A stretch of DNA of 64,000 bases from a bacterium (GTDB taxonomy: Bacteria > UBP15 > UBA6099), in the NCBI GenBank assembly GCA_029564595.1, contig JAKQPS010000037.1:72731-136730 (forward strand). Reading direction: 5' to 3'. Position numbers and translations under genes: made by a program. The notes below the pieces were generated by a model. That model saw only the letters and a program-made list of their open reading frames with translations, was not told where the DNA came from and made no database searches. Positions 20,380 to 29,176 of the stretch are shown piece by piece (within the stretch, counting starts at the first letter, position 1; each line of letters starts with the position of its first letter).

Positions 20380-20408
20380 TTGACAGGGGGCTTGGCATAA
20401 AGTACAAT
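20380..20408 (+). promoter_or_regulatory. Sigma70-type promoter of the YtxH gene
   Basis: TTGACA-17-TACAAT. Confidence 0.7.
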
Positions 20409-20453
20409 CACCTAACAATAATCGAGTGGAAATTGTTTCAGGGGGAGAAAAAA

Positions 20454-20792
20454 ATGGCAGAAGTCGAAAGACCGGAAGTCAAGGAGAAGAAGAAGGGTCG
20501 CAACTGGGTCGCTCCAGTCATCGGATTCGCCGCCGGTTCAGTCGTCGGCGCGGTGACGGCTCTGTTGTACGCCCCGCAATCCGGCAAGGAAACGCGCGAG
20601 AAGATCAAAGAACGCGTCTCCGAAGTGTCCGACAAGGCTGGCGCGCTCATCGAACAGTCCCGCGAGGCTATCGAGGACGCCAAAGAGAAAATGACTCACG
20701 CGTACGAAGACGCGGTCGACCGCACTTCGTCCGTCATCTCTCAGGCCAAGGAAAAACTCGGAACTAAGAAAAAAGACCTGCCCGAAGAGTGA
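20454..20792 (+). CDS. YtxH-domain protein
   Basis: GSVVGAVTALLYAPQSGKETREKI followed by coiled coil. Confidence 0.9.
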   Translation: MAEVERPEVKEKKKGRNWVAPVIGFAAGSVVGAVTALLYAPQSGKETREKIKERVSEVSDKAGALIEQSREAIEDAKEKMTHAYEDAVDRTSSVISQAKEKLGTKKKDLPEE

Positions 20793-20819
20793 TCTCGTTT
20801 TCTATCAACAGCTAGTCCG

Positions 20820-20849
20820 GCCGGCCCCAAAGGCCGGCTTTTTCTTTTT
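20820..20849 (+). terminator. Rho-independent terminator
   Basis: GCCGGCC-CCAAA-GGCCGGC followed by T-tract. Confidence 0.8.
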
Positions 20850-21020
20850 GGTTTTTTTGTCCGTTTGCTGTCGCTGTTCTTGTTCGACCCCCGCTTCGAG
20901 CTTCCGTCTGAGTGTTGTCCGCGCTCCGCGACGCGGGTATAATGTACGTGAAATTTCCGCCCTCGCGCCGGCAGTCCGCATTTCCGCCGCGCGGCGGCGA
21001 ATCCCGGAGATGTTGCGCAT

Positions 21021-21440
21021 ATGACAGTCTCAATGAAAAGAATCCGCAAAGACCTCCGGGAACTCGTTGAAATCGATTCGCTTTTGAAAAAACTGGAAGC
21101 GCTTGAGAAGGAAAACCTAAAAACTTCCGCGCAGGTGAAAGAGTTAAAAAAAGAGGTGGCCGCTCTGCGGACAAAGGTGTCGGAGTTGACAGCCGAGCCT
21201 GCCGCGCCGAAGAGAACCCGCCTCGTGGACGCCATTGAAGCGATAGCGTCGGGTTTCGGCCGCCCCTTCAAAGTGATTGAAATCCGGGAGGCTCTCTCCG
21301 GCGACAAACGGTTCAAATCATCGGACGGCAACTTCTATTCCGTCATCGCCACCGCCATGAACAACAGCGGAAAATTCCGCAAGCTTTCTCCCGGCGTCTA
21401 CGAGTATGCCGGTTACGACGCGCCCGACCGCGCGCGGTAG
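21021..21440 (+). CDS. Small basic coiled-coil plus winged-helix-like protein
   Basis: Heptad N-half; C-half LVDAIEAIA...FKVIEIREAL...FRKLSPGVYEY. Confidence 0.6.
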   Translation: MTVSMKRIRKDLRELVEIDSLLKKLEALEKENLKTSAQVKELKKEVAALRTKVSELTAEPAAPKRTRLVDAIEAIASGFGRPFKVIEIREALSGDKRFKSSDGNFYSVIATAMNNSGKFRKLSPGVYEYAGYDAPDRAR

Positions 21441-21480
21441 CGGCGACGGGACGCGCCCGCTCCTGAAGGGAACTCCGACC

Positions 21481-22155
21481 ATGGATTGCAGAATAAAAAT
21501 CTGCGGCGTCACGCGCGAGGAGGACGTCGCGCTCGTTTCGGCGTCCGGAGCGGACTATATCGGACTGCTGGTGAACATGCCGTCGGCGCGCACGCTAACC
21601 CCGGAGCGCGCGGTCGAACTTGCGGCGCTGTCCGGCATCCCCGCGATTCTTCTGTTCATGGGATCTCCGGCGGAGCTTGTGGCTGAAACGGCGCGCGCCG
21701 CCCGCGCCGCGGGCGTCCAGATTCAGGGCGACGAGACGCCCGAATTCATCGCCTCCATCAGGCCTCTGCTCGACTGCGAAATCTGGAAAGGGATACATCT
21801 TCCCGCCGCAGGCAGCGGCGATTGCGACGAGCGCGCCGCGCTCGACCTTATGCGCCTCCACGCCGCCGCCGGGGCGGACAGGTTGCTAATTGACACCGTG
21901 TCCGTAGAGGGCGGCAAGCGGCGCATGGGCGGCACGGGCCGCGTCTACGACTGGGACGCCGCCGCCCGCATTGCCTCTCTTTCCCCTCGGCCCGTCTTCA
22001 TGGCGGGCGGCCTCAACCCGGACAACGTGGCGGACGCCATCCGCCGCGTCAGACCTTTCGGCGTCGACCTCGCAGGCGGCGTCGAATCCGCTCCCGGCAT
22101 TAAAGACCCCGCAAAAGTCGCCGCCTTCGTCCGCGCCGTCCGTTCTGATGTTTAA
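21481..22155 (+). CDS. trpF: Phosphoribosylanthranilate isomerase
   Basis: IKICGVT, GADYIG, GGTGRVYDW, AGGLNPDNV, GVESAPGIKD. Confidence 0.95.
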   Translation: MDCRIKICGVTREEDVALVSASGADYIGLLVNMPSARTLTPERAVELAALSGIPAILLFMGSPAELVAETARAARAAGVQIQGDETPEFIASIRPLLDCEIWKGIHLPAAGSGDCDERAALDLMRLHAAAGADRLLIDTVSVEGGKRRMGGTGRVYDWDAAARIASLSPRPVFMAGGLNPDNVADAIRRVRPFGVDLAGGVESAPGIKDPAKVAAFVRAVRSDV

Positions 22156-22196
22156 CTCCGCGGTTTAGCGCCTAAGGCGTTTTTAAGGCGTGTCGA

Positions 22197-22470
22197 TTAA
22201 GAGAAAACTTTTTCAATAGTTTTCCCTTAAAGTCCCTTTCAAAACATTTCGATGAGCGCGGCGGAGCGGGCGCGTTCGCGCCTTCGCACCGCCGCGCTCA
22301 TGTGAAAAGATATTGGGAAAGAGTTTTCAGTGGAATCCTATTATAAAATGATTTACATGGGGCGTCGGGAGGGAAGCGCGAAAGCGATTCGCTCCCGACG
22401 ACCATTGAAACGTTTTGAAGAGATTCCAAAGAGAAACTTTTTCCAAAGTTTCTCTTTGGCCGCCGGAGGC
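22197..22470 (+). repeat. Structured palindromic intergenic repeat, family 1, copy C
   Basis: Same conserved scaffold as copies A and B. Confidence 0.9.
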
Positions 22471-22487
22471 GCGTTGCCGCTGTGTCC

Positions 22488-22525
22488 TAAAAAAAAAGCC
22501 GGAGGGAATGCCTCCGGCCTTTTTC
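22488..22525. terminator. Bidirectional terminator
   Basis: A-tract-GCCGGAGG-loop-CCTCCGGC-T-tract between convergent genes. Confidence 0.8.
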
Positions 22526-22548
22526 GTTCTTTTTTTTGCAGTGACGGA

Positions 22549-22929
22549 TTAGCTGAGAGCTTTTTCCAGAGCCGCTTCGCCAAGCTCGAAAATCTGGAAC
22601 CATTTTTCGGCTCCGGCCGGGTTGGTGGTGTAGATTGAGCCGTCGAACATGAAGCGCATGGCGGCTTCGAGGCCGTCGACCTGCATCGCCTTCATTGTTT
22701 CGACTCCGCCTTTTTTGATGTGGAACAGAACGGCGTCATCCTCGCCGCTTTCTCCGTCGCGCACTTCAACGCTGCCGTTGTCGAACACGATGCCGCATTT
22801 AAGCGCTTCGTTTCCGGCTTCGTCGAAAACCGTCACGTCGAACGAATATTTTCCTTCGACGTCTTTCTTCGCGATCTTGCAAAGGCCCTTCACCAGATCT
22901 TCCATCTTTACATTGCTCAAGTCTGCCAT
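22549..22929 (-). CDS. SCP2 sterol/lipid-carrier-like protein
   Basis: Small acidic protein with IVFDNGSVEVRDGE and AAMRFMFDGSI pattern. Confidence 0.5.
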   Translation of the reverse strand: MADLSNVKMEDLVKGLCKIAKKDVEGKYSFDVTVFDEAGNEALKCGIVFDNGSVEVRDGESGEDDAVLFHIKKGGVETMKAMQVDGLEAAMRFMFDGSIYTTNPAGAEKWFQIFELGEAALEKALS

Positions 22930-23151
22930 AAGATTGCCTCCCAAATATTTTTTCGGATTTAACCGATCTTAACCAAAAGATTTTTAAGGAACCCGCGCAA
23001 AACACAAACGCGAACAAGGTCAATTATTCTCAAAACAGACATTTAGTTCAATAGTTTGTGAAAAAATGCATTTGTGGGGATTTTAAGGAAAATGAACGAG
23101 GATTTTTAAAAGTTGCTATTCGGTTGCCGGACGGAAAATTTCAAAGAAAGC

Positions 23152-23206
23152 TTGAAAAGGAAGAAAAAGAGGGTATAATAAAGATGGGTCAACCAACCGG
23201 TTGGTT
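23152..23206 (+). promoter_or_regulatory. Promoter (TTGAAA-16-TATAAT) with downstream perfect 16-bp palindromic operator
   Basis: AACCAACCGGTTGGTT at 23191..23206, just after the predicted start site. Confidence 0.65.
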
Positions 23207-23509
23207 AAGTCGGCTGGAAACCCAGCGAGGCGTCATGTTACACTCTCGATGCCGACATCAGAAACACCACTGCTCCCACCCTGAATGTAAGTTAATGAAG
23301 ATATTACGCAAAAACAAAACAAGAACGTGCGAAAGGAATATTTGTAATCGACTGTGAATTGAGTCACGGCAAAAGAGCGGCAATTGGTCATTTCGGGCTG
23401 ACGGAAGGTTCGCCTCGATTTAAGAGGCGGGCGTCAGATCCGATATATTCCCGGACTCATGGGCGGAACGCTAAAACAAGAGCCGGGGTCATCGAAAGGA
23501 GAGCGCATC

Positions 23510-25327
23510 ATGCCGACTATCGCAAAGACCGCTGTGAACGCGGCGACGCTGACGGAGCTTATCCGCGCGGCCGCCGAGGAGTACCGCCTGAAGACTTTTC
23601 AGGTGTTCAAGGACGAGACGAAAGCGCCCGGGAAGTACGGCAGGGCTAGGACATACGAGCAGTTTTACCGCCGGGCGCGGGAGGTGGCGTGCGGGTTGCT
23701 CGCGGACGGATTGCGGCCCGGCGGGGTGGTGTGCCTGATGTCGGAGAACCGCCCGGACTGGAACGTGGCAGACTTCGCGATTCTTATGAACGGATGCGCC
23801 ACCGCGGGCATATACACAAACGACACTGCGGAGCATATTAAGTATAAGTTGAACGACACGGGAGCGCGAGCGATTTTCGTAGAGGACGCGAAGTTGCTCA
23901 AGAAGCTCGAAACCATATCCCCGAAGGAGACGCCGGCGCTGGAACGGGTGTATCTGATGGATTCGAGGGGAGTGGACATCGGGTATGACGAAAGGATAGT
24001 TCTGTTTGACGCGTTGAGAAGGGCGGGAGCGGACGCGGAGGTTGAAGCGGGAGCGGAACTGGACGCGAGGGCGGCGGCGGCGGTTCCTTCGGACTTGGCC
24101 CGTCTTGTTTACACTTCCGGCACGAGCGGCAATCCCAAGGGCGTGATGCTTACTCACGCCAATCTTTTGAGCAACGCCGCCTGCGCGGGTTCCCGGCTGG
24201 GATACGGCGCGGAGGACGACCTGCTAATCAACTATCTTCCCGAATCGCACATCTTCCAGACGTTCCTCACGCTGGCAGCGATGATGTCCGGCGCGGCGGT
24301 GGGGTATTCTTTCCGCAAGACGCTGACGTTCGATCTGCCGGAGCTGAGGCCGACGCATTTTCCGGGCGTGCAGAGGGTGTGGGCGAAAATAAAGGAAGGA
24401 CTCGAGGCGTTCCGCGCGCAGGAGGTCGGGCCGAAGCTTCCGGCTGCAGACCTGTTGCGCAAGTTCGGAATGGATCGCGTCAAGTGGTTTCTCTCCGGCG
24501 CGGTAAAGCTGGACGAGTTCACATATGATTTCTTCAAGAGCGAGCTGGGCGTTACCATCTTCGAGGGGTACGGGTTGAGCGAGACGTCGCCTGTGATCGG
24601 GCTGGGGTCGGCCTCCGCGAACAAGCGGGGCAGCGTCGGGCTTCCTCTGGAAAACCTCGAAGTCAGGATAGTGGACGAAGGGCGCAACGAGATCGAGCGG
24701 GGGCATCCGGGCGAGATAGCGGTTCGCGGGCCGAGCGTGTTTGTCGGATATCTGAATCACGACGAGAAATTCCGAGAGGTGGTGGACGCTCGCGGCTGGT
24801 TCTACACCGGCGACAGGGGATACTTGGACGAGGACGGGTTCCTTTTTGTTCTCGGTCGCGCCGGACACTGCGTTAAGTTCTCCGACGGCGAGCATCATGA
24901 CCTCGAAGCCATCGGCTTCAGGGTTCTGGGATACACCAAGATCCTCAGGCAGATAGCCGTGAACGGCGAGGGCAGGGACTACCCGGTGGCCATACTGACG
25001 CTGCCGGAGGACGAAGACGACCTGCGCCGCGTTGCCAAGCAGTTGGGCGTCGAGTACGCGAACCGGATTGATTTCGCCTATCACCCGGCGGTGACTGCGG
25101 CATGCCGGGCCGATTTCGAGTCGGGCCTCGCGGAGTTTTTAGCAAAGGAGAAGGTCCCGGCGGTGGAAGTCGTTCGCAAGGCGCTTTACATCCGCCCGTT
25201 CTCGGAGGAGCACGGCGAAAAAACGCCGACTTCGAAACTGAAATTGAGCGGCGTGCTCGCCAAATATAAGAAGCAGATAGACGCGCTGTACGAATCGGAC
25301 GAAACGTTCATGATTCATAAACCGTAA
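23510..25327 (+). CDS. Long-chain-fatty-acid--CoA ligase
   Basis: YTSGTSGNPKG, EGYGLSET, GWFYTGD, EKTPTSKLK. Confidence 0.9.
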   Translation: MPTIAKTAVNAATLTELIRAAAEEYRLKTFQVFKDETKAPGKYGRARTYEQFYRRAREVACGLLADGLRPGGVVCLMSENRPDWNVADFAILMNGCATAGIYTNDTAEHIKYKLNDTGARAIFVEDAKLLKKLETISPKETPALERVYLMDSRGVDIGYDERIVLFDALRRAGADAEVEAGAELDARAAAAVPSDLARLVYTSGTSGNPKGVMLTHANLLSNAACAGSRLGYGAEDDLLINYLPESHIFQTFLTLAAMMSGAAVGYSFRKTLTFDLPELRPTHFPGVQRVWAKIKEGLEAFRAQEVGPKLPAADLLRKFGMDRVKWFLSGAVKLDEFTYDFFKSELGVTIFEGYGLSETSPVIGLGSASANKRGSVGLPLENLEVRIVDEGRNEIERGHPGEIAVRGPSVFVGYLNHDEKFREVVDARGWFYTGDRGYLDEDGFLFVLGRAGHCVKFSDGEHHDLEAIGFRVLGYTKILRQIAVNGEGRDYPVAILTLPEDEDDLRRVAKQLGVEYANRIDFAYHPAVTAACRADFESGLAEFLAKEKVPAVEVVRKALYIRPFSEEHGEKTPTSKLKLSGVLAKYKKQIDALYESDETFMIHKP

Positions 25328-25425
25328 CACGAAGGAAGAAGAGAGCAAAAGAGGCGAACGCGAAAATCCGCATTAGCGAATAATGCGGATTATATCGCCG
25401 CATGAATGGCTTTTTTTATAAAGCT

Positions 25426-25483
25426 GCGGGGCAATTGTTTTTGTAAAAAATGGTTTCCCCGCAAAAATGCGAACAAATTCATT
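25426..25483 (+). repeat. Repeat family 2, partial copy (left flank of DUF6530 islet)
   Basis: Direct repeat of 26233..26291 (AAAAAATGGTTTCCCCGCAAA..TGCGAACAAATTCATT). Confidence 0.8.
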
Positions 25484-25533
25484 TAGCGAAAGCATATCCA
25501 TCGCATTTGTGGACTTGCAGCCGGCATCGCCTG

Positions 25534-26016
25534 TCAGAACCCGATTTCTTTTAGAATTCCGGAAAGCCTGCGCAGTCTCTCGCTTATTATCTCGTCGTCA
25601 TTGCCGAGAGCTTGTTGAAAAAGCTTGATATCCTCGTCAATTTTGGGATTCTCCACACATACCGCCATAGTCATCGCGTCGCCCTGCAATGCTATCCTGT
25701 CTATGATCGGGTTGTCGGCGTCATATAGTTTTTCAAAACGATATCCCTCATTGGCAAAATACTGTTTAGTCCTGCAAACAAGAATCGCAAGGTCGAGAAT
25801 CCGGTGGATGGGCAACTCTTCCGATTGCCTAGACCACTTTTCGCCCGTATGCCTCCACACCTTTGCGGAAATATCCACTTTGCCTCTATCATTCCATTGC
25901 GCCAAACCTAATGAAATGCCTTGAGCGTCCGTATCATAAGCATATCTCCCGTCGATATTTCCATAATTGTCGGAGACGATAACAGGTTTGTGTTTTAATT
26001 CTACAGGTATTTTCAT
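25534..26016 (-). CDS. DUF6530-like protein, AT-rich
   Basis: MKIP..LKHKPVIV...SLGLAQWNDRGKVDISAKVWRHTGEKWSRQSEELP (family recalled from memory). Confidence 0.75.
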   Translation of the reverse strand: MKIPVELKHKPVIVSDNYGNIDGRYAYDTDAQGISLGLAQWNDRGKVDISAKVWRHTGEKWSRQSEELPIHRILDLAILVCRTKQYFANEGYRFEKLYDADNPIIDRIALQGDAMTMAVCVENPKIDEDIKLFQQALGNDDEIISERLRRLSGILKEIGF

Positions 26017-26169
26017 TGCCGCCCCTCGCCTAGTAAATTAGTAGCGCAGTAGACTACTAGACAAATGCTAGCCCTCCAATTTGTTTGTGTCAATATGTTT
26101 ATTCGTTTATCCCGGAGCAGAATCAACGGCGGACTGTATATCCGACCGCGATTCTTCTTAAATAAAAAA

Positions 26170-26291
26170 GCCGATTTTGCTTAGAAAGAAGTTCAACAAA
26201 ATCGGCGTCAAAGAGTTTTTTGGGGAAGGGGCGCGGGGAAACCAATTTTTGCAAAAAATGGTTTCCCCGCAAACTTGCGAACAAATTCATT
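26170..26291 (+). repeat. Repeat family 2, full copy
   Basis: Two hairpins GCCGATTTTG..CAAAATCGGC and GCGGGGAAACC..GGTTTCCCCGC; aligns with 35358..35467. Confidence 0.85.
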
Positions 26292-27676
26292 CAAGCGATA
26301 ATAGTTTCCATCCATTTATCGCCGAAGACGCCGTCGGCGCAGTCGGGCGCGTATTTCTCGACCATCTTCGCTGTTATGCCGTTTTTCTTGACGATGTCCG
26401 CATACATGGCGGCGCTGACTCGCGGAACGCGTTTCAGTTCAGGGTCCGCGTAGTCGCATTCGATGAGGCCGAGCTTTTTGATAAAGCCTTCGCGCCACTC
26501 GAAGTTGTCCGTGAACGACCACTGGAAATAGCCCCTGACGTCGATCCCGGCGTCCAGCGCGCGGGCAATCTGCGCCATGTGCTCCAGCAGGTAGCGTCTG
26601 CGGTCGATGTCGTCGCGTTGCGGATCCGCGCATCCGTTTTCCGTGATATAAATGGGTTTCTTGAATGTGTTCCACACGAATTTGAGAGTGTGGAAGAATC
26701 CCGGCGGATAGTTTTCCCAGCCCATCTGGTTCATCTCTATTCCCGGTTGTATTCCGTGGATGTCAATGAGCATGTCGTCTGTTTTCGCGGCGTCGAACTT
26801 CAGAGACATGCGGGTGTAGTAGTTCACGCCGCAGTAGTCGTAGCTGTCCTTGAGGCCGGGCACGTGTTCGAGTCCGAAGGGGGGGACGATCCAGCCGGTG
26901 GCCACAGAGTAGTCCCACGCCTTGAAGCTTCCGTAAGCCAAGACGGGGGATAGCGCTTTTTCATACGCTCCGGCGATTCCGGGCGTGCCGAAGGGCGCGA
27001 CATGCTGGTAGGCGTTTGCTACGCCGACCTTCGAGGGCCAGCCGTCCGGCCCTTTGGGGACTATGTCGTGAATCAGCCTGTAGCAACGCGCGTGCGATTT
27101 CAGCAGTGTGTTCGAGACTTTGCAGAATGAGGCGAAGGATTTCTTTTCCGGCGGGAACAGCCCGGCGAGGCATCCGGCGACGGCGGGCACGTTCGGCTCA
27201 TTGAGCGTCACCCACAGGTCGGGGTATTCGCCCAACTCTTTGATTATCAGTTCGCAGAAGGCCAGAAAGCGGTCCGCCGCCTCAGGATGCTCCCAGCCGC
27301 CTTTCTCGGCGAACCACAGCGGGAGAACCCAGTGATACAGCGTAAGGCAGATTTTGATATTGTGTTTGCGCAGAGAGCGCAGAATCTTTTCGTAATGCCT
27401 GACGGCCTTCATGTCGAAGACGCCGTCTTCCGGCTCGACGCGCGCCCATTCTATTCCAAGTCGGAACGCCTGATAGCCGAGTTTCGCCATCAGTTCGTGG
27501 TCTTCCTCGTAGCGGTTCCAGTAATCCACCGCCTTGCCGGACACCGTGCCGTCGTAAACCTTGCCCTCGCTCTCGAACTTCCACCAGTCGGACTTGTCGT
27601 TGCCGCCCTCGACCTGATGTCCGGCGGAAGCCGTTCCCCACAGGAACCCTTTTGGGAATATAATTTCTTTTTTCAT
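26291..27676 (-). CDS. Glycoside hydrolase family 1 (beta-glucosidase/galactosidase)
   Basis: FLWGTASAGHQVEG, TLNEP (acid/base), YITENG (nucleophile), DNFEW. Confidence 0.95.
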   Translation of the reverse strand: MKKEIIFPKGFLWGTASAGHQVEGGNDKSDWWKFESEGKVYDGTVSGKAVDYWNRYEEDHELMAKLGYQAFRLGIEWARVEPEDGVFDMKAVRHYEKILRSLRKHNIKICLTLYHWVLPLWFAEKGGWEHPEAADRFLAFCELIIKELGEYPDLWVTLNEPNVPAVAGCLAGLFPPEKKSFASFCKVSNTLLKSHARCYRLIHDIVPKGPDGWPSKVGVANAYQHVAPFGTPGIAGAYEKALSPVLAYGSFKAWDYSVATGWIVPPFGLEHVPGLKDSYDYCGVNYYTRMSLKFDAAKTDDMLIDIHGIQPGIEMNQMGWENYPPGFFHTLKFVWNTFKKPIYITENGCADPQRDDIDRRRYLLEHMAQIARALDAGIDVRGYFQWSFTDNFEWREGFIKKLGLIECDYADPELKRVPRVSAAMYADIVKKNGITAKMVEKYAPDCADGVFGDKWMETIIA

Positions 27677-27761
27677 TTTTCCTCCCGCGATTCGGATTGG
27701 ACGCGAAGCTTTGCGCGCCGCGATTAGAAGCTGAAAATCCCTGCGGAGGTTCGCCCCCGGA

Positions 27762-29153
27762 TCAGGAATCCTTTCTCGGCGAGTCGGTTTTCATCAAGGC
27801 CCAGATGCCCATGCTGTGTTTGCGGGCGTCGGTTTCCAAGTTCTCGAACTTGTTTTTGAGGTCGTGCTCCACCGACCTGTCGCAAAGGCCGTAGCCGTTG
27901 CTGATCAGCGCTTCGGCGGCGTTCGAGCCGTCCGGGGCGAGGATGTGGAACGCGTTGCCGGGGGCGTTTCGCAACTTGGATGATTCGGGCCTAGCGAGGG
28001 ATACGGGTTTGCCTGACAGCAACGCGGCGACGAACGAGAGGGCCTGTCTGTACACGCCCCTGTTGCGGCTGTAGAACGCGGCGGGCGTCTGGAGTCCGAG
28101 CAGGCGTATCTCGCGCCCGTCTTCCAGCTTCAGCGTGTCCAGCCCGAAGATTTCACGCACGACCGCCGGAGGGGCCGCGGCTTCTTTAGCCGGCTGTTTC
28201 TTCGCTCTTTTGCGGACGGGGGCGGTCTTTGCCCCGGCGGTTGCGGCGGTTGCGGCGGCGGGCTTTTCGGACACGGATGAAATAGACTTGATTTCCTTCT
28301 CGATGTCGCTTCTCTTCGGGCGGTTCTGGCTCTCGAATAGAAGCTGTTTCATCGTCTGTCCGCCGGACACCCGCTCCTGAATCACGGGCTTGAGTTTTTC
28401 ATCTGTTTCGTAGCCGATGGACGCGCGGCCCGTGTCTCGCGCGGCTACCATCGTGACCCCGGAGCCGAGAAAGGGGTCGAGCACGGTTTCCCCGAGATAC
28501 GTGTACATGCGGATGAGCCGCCTCGGAATCTCTTCCGGCATCTCCTCCGGGCTTTTTGATATTTTGTCGTCGGGGAAAGTCCAGAGGCTGTTGAAGAGCC
28601 GCCGCCACTCGCGCTCTGAAAGGGAGGACCTTGACGCCGGAACAGACTCCGGCGGCGGGCATTCTCCGGGTTTGACGAAGATGAGGATGCTGTCGTGCCT
28701 GACGGCGATTGAGCCGGAGCGGGGAAGGGGAGATTCGGGAGCGGCGGGCGGGGCGGGCGGCTCGTGCCCGGACTCTCGCAGGCGGACTATCTCGGACTCG
28801 AACCTGAATCCGGCCTTCGCGCAGGCGTCCTCGATGAGCGCGCGCAGCGAGACGTTTTGTTTGTTTCCGGCTGCGGCATCGACGATTTCGGGGCAGACGC
28901 GGACGCAGAGCCTGCACCCGGGTTTGAGGATGCGGTGGCATTCGCGCCATATCAGCGCCAGAGAAGCCGCGTATTCATCGAACTTGCGCAGGCCGCCCAT
29001 ACCTGACGTCGCCGACCACGCGCGCGGTTTCCACGCGGGCGGCGAGGCCACCGCCAGATGCGCCGTCTCCTGTTCGACCTCGCCCATCGACCGGGCGTCT
29101 CCGATTATCACTCTATGCGTTATTTTTGAAGCCGCTTTTTTTCTTCTGCTCAT
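27762..29153 (-). CDS. N4/N6 DNA methyltransferase-like domain fused to thermonuclease (SNase) domain, both degenerate
   Basis: GDARSM, SPPAW (motif IV), VLDPFLGSGVT (motif I); C-terminal IRLLGLQTP...LISNGYG...ARKHSMGIW. Confidence 0.75.
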   Translation of the reverse strand: MSRRKKAASKITHRVIIGDARSMGEVEQETAHLAVASPPAWKPRAWSATSGMGGLRKFDEYAASLALIWRECHRILKPGCRLCVRVCPEIVDAAAGNKQNVSLRALIEDACAKAGFRFESEIVRLRESGHEPPAPPAAPESPLPRSGSIAVRHDSILIFVKPGECPPPESVPASRSSLSEREWRRLFNSLWTFPDDKISKSPEEMPEEIPRRLIRMYTYLGETVLDPFLGSGVTMVAARDTGRASIGYETDEKLKPVIQERVSGGQTMKQLLFESQNRPKRSDIEKEIKSISSVSEKPAAATAATAGAKTAPVRKRAKKQPAKEAAAPPAVVREIFGLDTLKLEDGREIRLLGLQTPAAFYSRNRGVYRQALSFVAALLSGKPVSLARPESSKLRNAPGNAFHILAPDGSNAAEALISNGYGLCDRSVEHDLKNKFENLETDARKHSMGIWALMKTDSPRKDS

Positions 29154-29176
29154 ATTTGCTCTCTTCGATGTTGGAT

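Noticed and set aside
5963-22638. Similar small ORFs (5963..6154, 6004..6189, 13964..14257, 22330..22638, 22353..22583) suggesting a peptide family
   Set aside because: They are translations of the family-1 repeat, with inconsistent starts and frames between copies
23058-23357. 99-aa ORF in the SCP2/acyl-CoA ligase intergenic region
   Set aside because: It overlaps the promoter and operator, and has no clear RBS or recognisable motif
27762-29153. Active restriction-modification system
   Set aside because: The catalytic motifs are degenerate and no cognate endonuclease gene is adjacent
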